IMG/VR virus record: IMGVR_UViG_3300028034_000004
Coordinates: 1-56,448 of that record
DNA from: a virus
Taxonomy: Duplodnaviria > Caudoviricetes
DNA length: 56,448 nt
Reading direction: 5' to 3' (one strand)
Position numbers and translations under genes: made by a program
Shown: positions 17,698 through 25,360 of the stretch, piece by piece
Position numbering within the stretch: position 1 is the first letter of the stretch
Layout: the number at the start of each line of letters is the position of its first letter
The notes under the pieces: model-generated
The model's input: only the letters and a program-made list of their open reading frames with translations
Database searches by the model: none
Told to the model about the DNA's origin: nothing

Positions 17698-17775
17698 TTG
17701 AATGCCCCCCTTAAAGAGTTTTAATTCCATATTATAATTATATATGAATACCGGTCGCAGAGCAAATTTATTGAT

Positions 17776-18122
17776 TAGTGGATCGGGGTGGACCTCTCTA
17801 TATCAAGGTCCACCAAGCGTCATCGCTGTCATATCAAGGATAAGTGGATCAGTGGACCTTAATTGAGCTATATTGATAAATACACAAGTGTGTGTGCATA
17901 CAAACAGGTATAATAGACTAAATTACCTTACACTATATTATATATAATGTTACTATTTATATATATATACACTAGGTCATAGATGATTTTATAAATGTGT
18001 GCACACATCTTTTTATATTTATTGATATCTCCACTTTTAGGTCCACCAATCCACTTAATGCCGACACAACAGGGATAACAAAGGGTGGACCCTCATATAA
18101 CGAGGTCCACCCTGATCCACTA
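17776..18122. repeat. 127-bp imperfect inverted repeat flanking a 93-bp AT-rich core; candidate replication origin
   Basis: 17776-17902 aligns without gaps to the reverse complement of 17996-18122 (about 70% identity by hand count). Multiple GTGGAC/GTGGAT boxes. Confidence 0.85.
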
Positions 18123-18134
18123 GTCCACCCTATT

Positions 18135-18617
18135 TTAACTAATTATTTCTAGTTTATCGCACTTTGCAATGTCTCTTGGTTTAATATCGCCCAAATACAT
18201 ATCCGGAACTAAATCAATATCAATCTCGTTATAAACAATATCAATAAGTTCAGAACAAATTATATAATTGGGATTATTAAACATATTTTTACCTTTAAAT
18301 AAACCAGAAAATAAATAGCCAAATATTTGAGGTAAATCATATTTATTTCCTATACTTTCTAACATTGGTTTGAAAATTTTTTCTTTTTGGATAGAGTTTA
18401 ATCCACCTTTAATTCTCAGGACATCATATTTATCTGGTATCTCATTTAAGTGAATTATATGAACTCCACTCCAAAGATGTGATTCAATCAACAGATTAGA
18501 ATCTTCATGAATAACCATTGCCACATGAGTATAAGGAGATTCAGTAAACCAAGATATCCCTTTATCAATTATATGTTCACCCTTTTCTAATATAATATCG
18601 CCGGTTTCAAGTTTCAT
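18135..18617 (-). CDS. Permuted papain-like amidase (YiiX/YaeF-type NlpC/P60)
   Basis: LETGDIIL...SPYTHVAM...KYD...IICSELI; His precedes Cys. Confidence 0.85.
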   Translation of the reverse strand: MKLETGDIILEKGEHIIDKGISWFTESPYTHVAMVIHEDSNLLIESHLWSGVHIIHLNEIPDKYDVLRIKGGLNSIQKEKIFKPMLESIGNKYDLPQIFGYLFSGLFKGKNMFNNPNYIICSELIDIVYNEIDIDLVPDMYLGDIKPRDIAKCDKLEIIS

Positions 18618-19344
18618 TTATCCACCCCATTAATCTATCAACGATTACTGCCATCTCACCTCTGGTTACTGGATCTCCTGGCCTAAAGTTTTTGGTCTCG
18701 CTAAAGATACCAGCTTTCATGGTTCTTTCAATTTCTTCTTTGGCCCAGTGGTTTTCGTAATCTGTAGTTCTACCATCATATGCTCTCAAGCCTTTGAGGA
18801 TTGCTTTAATTAATTTTCTTTGGTATTGCCTATCATTTAGTAGTCTTTCTTCCTCAACGTTGGTAATGAACCCAAATTCGATTAATATGGCAGGCATATC
18901 AGTGTCATTTAATACATAAAGGTTATCTCTTGATTTAATACCTCTGTCTGGAGTGTCTGTCACTGCAATTAATTCTTTTTGAACTGCTGCAGCTAGTTTT
19001 TTACCTTCTTTTGAATCCGGGTGGTATAATGTTTCAATACCTTTAGCTGATTCAGCAACAGCTGCATTGCAGTGAAAAGAAATAAATACATCAACTTTTT
19101 CTTTATTAGCTATGTTGCATCTTTTTCCTAAAGTTATGTACTTATCTTCTGTTCTTGTTGGAAATACTTCATATTCTTTTTTTGCTTCTTCAATAAAAAG
19201 TTTTCCTAGTTCTAAGTTAATATCGCTTTCCTCTGAATAAATATCATCTTCATAAATCTCGTCATCTAAGGCTTTATCTTTGGGGTCTACTGCCCCTGGA
19301 TCGCTTCCGCCGTGTCCAGAATCTTGTGCTATTTTATTTATCAT
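18607..19344 (-). CDS. Endolysin: N-acetylmuramoyl-L-alanine amidase (Amidase_3) with C-terminal SLH domain
   Basis: DSGHGGSDPGA, ESDINL, FISFHCNA, PAILIEFGFITN; HWAKEEI...FRPGDPVTRGEMA. Confidence 0.93.
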   Translation of the reverse strand: MINKIAQDSGHGGSDPGAVDPKDKALDDEIYEDDIYSEESDINLELGKLFIEEAKKEYEVFPTRTEDKYITLGKRCNIANKEKVDVFISFHCNAAVAESAKGIETLYHPDSKEGKKLAAAVQKELIAVTDTPDRGIKSRDNLYVLNDTDMPAILIEFGFITNVEEERLLNDRQYQRKLIKAILKGLRAYDGRTTDYENHWAKEEIERTMKAGIFSETKNFRPGDPVTRGEMAVIVDRLMGWINET

Positions 19345-19664
19345 CTTTTATCACCTTTCACTGAAAAATTTATCCCTTTTAACCTATTAACAAAATCCAT
19401 TACCTTTTCAATTCCTGCTCCCCCTGCGATTCCTGAAACCGCATAATTAAAAGCTATTGACTCCGAAACCCCAGTCATTAACATACCGGCAAACCCTCCC
19501 ATAATACCGTTATAAATGAGGAAAGGAATTATTTTATCCCTTGGGATTTCTTTATCAGAAATACCTTTCAATAGACCAGCTGCACTTCCAATGAAACCAA
19601 CCAAAAAATAATTAGAATAGTTAATTATGTCTATTTTAACAATCAATTCTAAGATCTGGTCCAT
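19341..19664 (-). CDS. Putative holin (multi-TM small protein)
   Basis: Three hydrophobic Gly-rich segments; immediately upstream of the endolysin. Confidence 0.6.
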   Translation of the reverse strand: MDQILELIVKIDIINYSNYFLVGFIGSAAGLLKGISDKEIPRDKIIPFLIYNGIMGGFAGMLMTGVSESIAFNYAVSGIAGGAGIEKVMDFVNRLKGINFSVKGDKR

Positions 19665-19686
19665 AGGGGGTATAAACCTCCTAACA

Positions 19687-20622
19687 TTATTTGTTTTTTT
19701 CGAGGATTGCTATATAGTAAGATATAATGATTATGCTAGAAATTAGAATAAATATTAACAGCATATATAAAATCTTGGTTATTGCAATCTTTTTGTTGAT
19801 TTCCCTAAAAACGCCAGTATAACTTCTTAAAACATTTTCTTTATTTGTTCTTAAGATTAGAACCCATCTGTGATTTTCATTTTCTATTCCCCACATACTA
19901 TCAGGTACATCATTAAAGCCCAATGAACCAGGGGGTATTGTTATCCACTCCAAAAGTTGTGTTTGCCCTGATTTGAGTTGCCAACTATAATGATCTTCTG
20001 CATTTGTTGAATTACCAGCTTTTATCTTGTTTAATATTTTGTTTACATTAGTCAAGTTAGTATAAGTGATATATCTATTTATTATTTTGAAAACATCTGG
20101 ATAATCAGTTTTTATTTTATTTAATTCATCAATGGTTATTTTATTATCTAATGTATATTGATTATATTTAAAATCATCATTTAAAATATTTAAAACAGTT
20201 TTTTGGGGTATAATTTCATTTTCTAGAGTTCGGTTATTCAATATATCAATTTTTTTTAAAGTCCCCCAATAACTATCGTACAATATTTTACCATCTGGGG
20301 AAATCCTGATAAGTAACAATTCCCCAAATTCTTCATTTTTTAATACCGATACATGTTGATTAATAATTCTTAAAATGTTTTTGTCATTAGTTACATCAAT
20401 ATTTTCTTCGTTTACATAATATAATATACTGTCTGAGGTTGATCTCAACACTTTTCTCATTTTTTCTCTATGATTATCCAATAGATTTTGTTGAATATTT
20501 TTTATCAGAATTTGAGTCTCTATTACCCAATTGGTGATTACATTAGAACCTATAAACGTTCCAAACGCCAATACAACCATAACAATTATTGCAAACGTTG
20601 TTCGTTTCATCTTACTCATCAC
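19687..20622 (-). CDS. Membrane protein with two TM helices flanking a ~250-aa extracytoplasmic (Cache-like?) domain
   Basis: N- and C-terminal hydrophobic helices; ISPDGKILYD; no cytoplasmic output domain. Confidence 0.65.
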   Translation of the reverse strand: MMSKMKRTTFAIIVMVVLAFGTFIGSNVITNWVIETQILIKNIQQNLLDNHREKMRKVLRSTSDSILYYVNEENIDVTNDKNILRIINQHVSVLKNEEFGELLLIRISPDGKILYDSYWGTLKKIDILNNRTLENEIIPQKTVLNILNDDFKYNQYTLDNKITIDELNKIKTDYPDVFKIINRYITYTNLTNVNKILNKIKAGNSTNAEDHYSWQLKSGQTQLLEWITIPPGSLGFNDVPDSMWGIENENHRWVLILRTNKENVLRSYTGVFREINKKIAITKILYMLLIFILISSIIIISYYIAILEKNK

Positions 20623-20791
20623 CCGCTTGATCTTCCTTCATTACTTCTTTTATTTTATTTAATTCATCAATTCTGTTTTCTAAACCAAAAATTTTCTTTT
20701 CTATCCTCACCAACTGATTTCTCACTTTATAATTCATTTGTTTTGAGGTTTCTAATTCTTCTGTTAACTCTTCTATCCTTTCATCAATCAA
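20612..20791 (-). CDS. Small coiled-coil protein
   Basis: TTG start after AAGGAGGGGG; heptad pattern. Confidence 0.65.
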   Translation of the reverse strand: MIDERIEELTEELETSKQMNYKVRNQLVRIEKKIFGLENRIDELNKIKEVMKEDQAGDE

Positions 20792-20804
20792 TTGATCCCC
20801 CTCC

Positions 20805-20951
20805 TTAAAATTTCTTTTCGAATTCGAATCCAAATGAAGTACCTTCTTTTTCTTTTATAACTCCCAAAGTAAAGTCACCTTTTTTAAGTTTCATTGCTGG
20901 TCCATCTTTGGAGAGGCCGGCTGAAACATCGCCGACCTCGACCAGCTTCAT
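20805..20951 (-). CDS. 48-aa beta-rich ORF (not in ORF track), possibly a -1 frameshift extension of the upstream gene
   Basis: MKLVEVGDVSAGLSKDGPAMKLKKGDFTLGVIKEKEGTSFGFEFEKKF; TAATG overlap; fills the gap exactly. Confidence 0.6.
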   Translation of the reverse strand: MKLVEVGDVSAGLSKDGPAMKLKKGDFTLGVIKEKEGTSFGFEFEKKF

Positions 20952-21394
20952 TATTTTGGGTCTGATATCCTGGCAATTTCTTTTCTAATATCGGATTTTT
21001 CATATAATTTAGCTTCAAGATAATCAGCAACCCATTTATCAAAGTTGTCTGTCTGTGATTTTATCATATTAATACTTTCATTTGAAAGAGTATTAATAAA
21101 CACTTGTTTAGCTTTAGTGAGGGCATCACGCTTTTCATTATCAGTTAACTTTCCATCTTTACTTGCCTCTCTTATTTTCTTAACAAATGTCTGCTCAACT
21201 GAATTAATTGATTTATCGGCTATTACTTCGGCTTCGTCTAATGCTGTGAATAAAGCCTGTCTAACGGACTCATCTTTTATTTCTTTAGATTTAACCTTCA
21301 AATAATTAATTCCAAAACCTATCAAGATAGTAATCAAAACACCTATAATACTTATTCCACCTTCGATTAAAGCACTTTCTAATTGTACTGGCAT
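20951..21394 (-). CDS. LL-H-like holin (single N-terminal TM)
   Basis: TM, then SINSVEQT..KDGKLTDNEKRDA..AK..YLEAKL; strong RBS. Confidence 0.6.
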   Translation of the reverse strand: MPVQLESALIEGGISIIGVLITILIGFGINYLKVKSKEIKDESVRQALFTALDEAEVIADKSINSVEQTFVKKIREASKDGKLTDNEKRDALTKAKQVFINTLSNESINMIKSQTDNFDKWVADYLEAKLYEKSDIRKEIARISDPK

Positions 21395-21423
21395 ACGTAT
21401 CTCCTCCTTTTAATTTTAGTATA

Positions 21424-23052
21424 TCACTTTTTAATCATTTCATAAAATCTGAGAGCAGCTTTACCATCAATTTTTCCAATAGAACATTGTTGGATAGTTG
21501 GAACTATAGATTCGTTGGTTATCTTTTTGTTATAAACAGGGTCGAATTGACAATGTCCTAATTTACAACCTTTGCATATTGGCTCTAATTCTCCATTGAA
21601 AAAACCTTCATCAATATCTTCATATTTATTTTTTAATGAAGGATCCAGATAACTAATTTCATTTTCAATAAATTTTTCGTTGAAAAAGTTATTATTCTGA
21701 TATAAAATATCATCAATAACATTTATATGAAAGACCCCTTCTTTTTGCATAAGGTCTATTATCTTATTTAACTGTTTATCGTACTCATTTAAATTTTTAT
21801 CAGACCAACCAGCTGTATCTTTAAATCTAAATTGAAAATGATAAATATTTTTCTTGAGCCCTTCTAAAACAATATTATATAATTTTGAAACATTATTAAT
21901 TGAAATTTCTATCATCATCTTTATTTTAGCATTTGTCTCAAGTTCAAAATCAGGAATTGAATCAACTAGTATCACAGCATTTTCTTTAATATCAATCTTT
22001 TTAGGATTAACTAATAAAGGTAGAGTTTCCCCTTTTTTTATATATTTCATAACTTTAGTCTCCTTTTTTATTTCTTTTAATCTTTCCCAGTGTTTAAAGG
22101 CTTTTTCAATCATCATTTTAATTAATTTACAATAATTTGCTTGAATTTTCTTTTTAGGTCCATCAATATTTTCATAAAGGAATGAATCATTACCCCAACA
22201 GTTGCAACAATATGCCTCATACTTACATTTATTACATTTATTCCAATTAACATGTTCGTGACTCCTTTCCCCTTTAGCATACTTATATCTGGTACAGTTA
22301 AATTTTTTTCCAGTGGTGCCAACGTAACTTGCATCTTCAAGATCACAAACTATATCATTAATGTATCCTGGCTCATCAAGTCTATATCTTTCTAATTTTA
22401 TTTTTTCTATTTCATCAAGGTGGTCAATTATAAAATTATTAATTTTGTCTAACTCTTTGCTCAAGTTCTCTCTATATTTCTTTGTAAACCCTAAATCATC
22501 TAAATTTAAATAAATTGAAAAATTTCTAAAACCTAAACTATAAAGAAATTTAATATTATCATATGTTTTATTAAGATATTCTTTATCAATAACTGCAGAA
22601 ACTCCCAATTTAATTTTGGTATTATTTTTTATCCATTCATAATTTTTAATAACGTTTTCAAAATTGCCGCCTTTTTTCTTTTGTTCGAATATATCTTTTG
22701 GACCATCTAAAGAGATATCTATAGAAATTATATCTTCATATTTTTTATAGGTTTTTTTCATTCTGTCATCCAATAAAGAAAGATTAGTAGTCATATTAAT
22801 ACTTATGTTTCTTCTATTTTTGATAGCGTTACATTTATTCAATATATATTCAACTAATTCAAAATTTAATATAGGCTCTCCCCCAAAAAGTGTAAAAGAA
22901 ATAAGTTCATCTTTTTTAGTTTTTTTTAGAGACTCCTTAAATAAATCGTCAAAAACTTCTTTCGACATCATTCCTTTTTTATTGATGTGTTCACAATAGT
23001 CACAATTGTAATTGCATTCTTCGGTCAAAAATAAAGTATAAAGTTGGTTCAT
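21424..23052 (-). CDS. Radical SAM/SPASM enzyme fused to a C-terminal CXXX-repeat-maturase-like domain
   Basis: CNYNCDYC, FGGEPIL, TTN, ISLDG; CNKCKYEAYCCNC..NYC; second Cys cluster EPICKGCKLGHC..NKKITNESIVPTIQQC. Confidence 0.85.
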   Translation of the reverse strand: MNQLYTLFLTEECNYNCDYCEHINKKGMMSKEVFDDLFKESLKKTKKDELISFTLFGGEPILNFELVEYILNKCNAIKNRRNISINMTTNLSLLDDRMKKTYKKYEDIISIDISLDGPKDIFEQKKKGGNFENVIKNYEWIKNNTKIKLGVSAVIDKEYLNKTYDNIKFLYSLGFRNFSIYLNLDDLGFTKKYRENLSKELDKINNFIIDHLDEIEKIKLERYRLDEPGYINDIVCDLEDASYVGTTGKKFNCTRYKYAKGERSHEHVNWNKCNKCKYEAYCCNCWGNDSFLYENIDGPKKKIQANYCKLIKMMIEKAFKHWERLKEIKKETKVMKYIKKGETLPLLVNPKKIDIKENAVILVDSIPDFELETNAKIKMMIEISINNVSKLYNIVLEGLKKNIYHFQFRFKDTAGWSDKNLNEYDKQLNKIIDLMQKEGVFHINVIDDILYQNNNFFNEKFIENEISYLDPSLKNKYEDIDEGFFNGELEPICKGCKLGHCQFDPVYNKKITNESIVPTIQQCSIGKIDGKAALRFYEMIKK

Positions 23053-23948
23053 TATATCTCCCTCACTAAGTCAAAATATTTTTGAATAAAATTAGGACGA
23101 TTTATTTTTTCTTTAAAAATACTCCCATTGGCTTCTCTATTTTCTAATAAACATGTAAAACTAACACCTGCTATATTGAAAGGTCTTCTTTTGTTTTCAT
23201 CAATTCCATCATAAATATTGCCAAGTCTATTCTCCGGATAGTCATAATTTACACAAGGATAGATATCTCCCCTTTCATTAATCATTAAATGATTTTTGCA
23301 TTCGCAAAAACCTTTGGTTTCTATATTGAGGATTTGTTTTAAATTTTTATATTGCATACATTTTTTTCTGAAATAATTTTCAAATTTATCCCAATCAAGT
23401 TCTTCATCCCAATCAATTCCATTTGCAATTAATATATCATACCCCGGATAAATATTTTCTTTAATAAAATCTATAATTCTATCTAAACTAAAAATAGTAG
23501 AAGGAGTAACTACAGTATTCACTCTTGTAATGAAGTGCCTAAAAAACCAAAGGTTATTCATTACTTTATCAAAGGAATTGTTTCTGTTAGCATCTTGTAT
23601 ATCTTTTGGTCCATCAAAACTTAAAATGATGCTTATTCTGTCTTTGTTTTTTAAAAATATTTCCTGTATTTTTTGATTTAATACTGTTCCGTTGGTTATT
23701 ATTTTTAATTTAATTTCAGGAAAATTTTCCGCAAATATATTTATTATTTTCGGATTTAACAAAGGTTCCCCTCCGGTAAACAGTATCCTGTCGAAGTTTT
23801 CATCTGAACTCTTTATAAATTTTGATATATTCTGCGCCATATCAGATGACATCTTTATTTTCTCAGCTGGTAGGTCACAATAAGAACAATTTAAATTACA
23901 ATTTTTGGTTGGTTTAATAAATAATGTGTATCCATCCAATTCCCTCAC
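23052..23948 (-). CDS. Radical SAM enzyme with shortened SPASM/twitch domain
   Basis: CNLNCSYC, FTGGEPLL, ITNGT, LSFDG, GDIYPC, LGNI. Confidence 0.9.
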   Translation of the reverse strand: MRELDGYTLFIKPTKNCNLNCSYCDLPAEKIKMSSDMAQNISKFIKSSDENFDRILFTGGEPLLNPKIINIFAENFPEIKLKIITNGTVLNQKIQEIFLKNKDRISIILSFDGPKDIQDANRNNSFDKVMNNLWFFRHFITRVNTVVTPSTIFSLDRIIDFIKENIYPGYDILIANGIDWDEELDWDKFENYFRKKCMQYKNLKQILNIETKGFCECKNHLMINERGDIYPCVNYDYPENRLGNIYDGIDENKRRPFNIAGVSFTCLLENREANGSIFKEKINRPNFIQKYFDLVREI

Positions 23949-23951
23949 CCT

Positions 23952-24950
23952 TTAGTATTTGTAATCTTCTATTTTATCAATTTCATTTAATATTTCTTCA
24001 AGGTTAAAATCACCTTTACCATAAGAAGAAATATAGTCAATCATAACAAATAAAAATGCTTTCTTCGATCTTGAATCATCATCTTCATAATGTTCTTCCC
24101 AATATTTTTTAGATATTTCTCTGAAATTGGAATCAATTCTTGAAGGATAATTAACATTCAAATAATCAAAATAAGATTCTAATACATATCCTTTAAATTT
24201 CGTGTTATTGTATAATTTCATAAAATAATCTTCTAAATCTATATAACCGCTATTTACAGCCATTTTAGCAGCAGAATACATAGTAATTCTTCCGTAATTA
24301 TCTATTGATCCTTCTTTTTCTAATTTTTCAGTGGCATCAATTATTTCCTCCATGAGAAGGTCTATTTTTTCGGTATCTTCGTCCGCGAGTGCTTTCTGCA
24401 ATCTTATTTCAGTAACCTGCAGTAATATATCATAATGATCATAATTAAATCTTGTTGTTATTTTATCAAAATTTAAATTATCAACAATATATTCTTTATC
24501 CTCTTTTAGTTTTTCTAATTCATCAAAATATTTTTGATTATCTTCTAAATTAGAAGATAAAATAAAGTTTCCAAGATAGGTCATGGCATGCATTTTATCT
24601 TTTATATCATTTGCATTTTTTGCCTTTTTAAAAAGATTATCAATAGCTTCTTTTTTGGATATTTTAGAAACCATTACATTTAAAATATCAAGGGTTATGT
24701 TTATTGAATCATATTTTAAAATTTTAGAATAATCATTATTAATTCTTTCTACCAAAGAATTAATAAATTTAAAAGATGATTCTTCTAATAAGAAAATTCG
24801 AAGAGCGCTTGATAATAATCTAACTGCGTTTTCTTCATCCATTTTACTATCCAATATTTTGTCGACTTTTTTGAAAAAACCGTTTAAATTTTCTTCTTGA
24901 ATATTTTTGACTAAGTAATTAACATTTTCATTAATTTTATCAATTTCCAT
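23952..24950 (-). CDS. Hypothetical all-helical (TPR-like?) protein in the rSAM cluster
   Basis: 332-aa ORF with AAGGGGG RBS; helical amphipathic pattern. Confidence 0.7.
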   Translation of the reverse strand: MEIDKINENVNYLVKNIQEENLNGFFKKVDKILDSKMDEENAVRLLSSALRIFLLEESSFKFINSLVERINNDYSKILKYDSINITLDILNVMVSKISKKEAIDNLFKKAKNANDIKDKMHAMTYLGNFILSSNLEDNQKYFDELEKLKEDKEYIVDNLNFDKITTRFNYDHYDILLQVTEIRLQKALADEDTEKIDLLMEEIIDATEKLEKEGSIDNYGRITMYSAAKMAVNSGYIDLEDYFMKLYNNTKFKGYVLESYFDYLNVNYPSRIDSNFREISKKYWEEHYEDDDSRSKKAFLFVMIDYISSYGKGDFNLEEILNEIDKIEDYKY

Positions 24951-24957
24951 TTTTATT

Positions 24958-25360
24958 CCCCCTTAAAACCATCTACCATCACACCCATCACAACCACCAG
25001 CACAAGTTCCTCTACAAGACCCAGAACATGATCCTGTACAGCTAATACATGTTGAAGAACACGTTCCACCACACCCTTCACATAATCCAGCACAAGTTCC
25101 ATTACACCCACTATCAGTTCCCACATCTGGTTTACTAACAAAGAAATTGGTTCTATTCCTTAAGTCATAAAAATGGCTAGATTTTATTATTACTTTATTA
25201 TCTTTTAAATTAACATCATCTAACCAGGAATAAGGCTCTATCAAATCTAAACTATTTCGATAATCATTTATTATACTTCCTAAAATTAAATCTTCCTTTT
25301 GTACTCCCAATTGAACACCCCCTTAAAACCATCTACCATCACACCCATCACAACCACCAG
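24958..25360. repeat. Identical 43-bp direct repeat (24958-25000 and 25318-25360)
   Basis: CCCCCTTAAAACCATCTACCATCACACCCATCACAACCACCAG occurs twice, 360 bp apart. Confidence 0.95.
24963..25310 (-). CDS. Cys-x-x-x repeat protein, putative rSAM modification target
   Basis: IKSSHFYDLR motif, then a 12-Cys tail ending GGCDGCDGRWF. Confidence 0.85.
   Translation of the reverse strand: MGVQKEDLILGSIINDYRNSLDLIEPYSWLDDVNLKDNKVIIKSSHFYDLRNRTNFFVSKPDVGTDSGCNGTCAGLCEGCGGTCSSTCISCTGSCSGSCRGTCAGGCDGCDGRWF

Noticed and set aside
17776-18130. CRISPR array or IS/MITE ends
   Set aside because: Repeats are short, inverted and irregularly spaced, with no unique spacers, cas gene, transposase or target-site duplication.
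24958-25360. Diversity-generating retroelement TR/VR pair
   Set aside because: The copies are identical rather than differing at adenines, both lie in coding 3' ends, and no reverse transcriptase is in the window.
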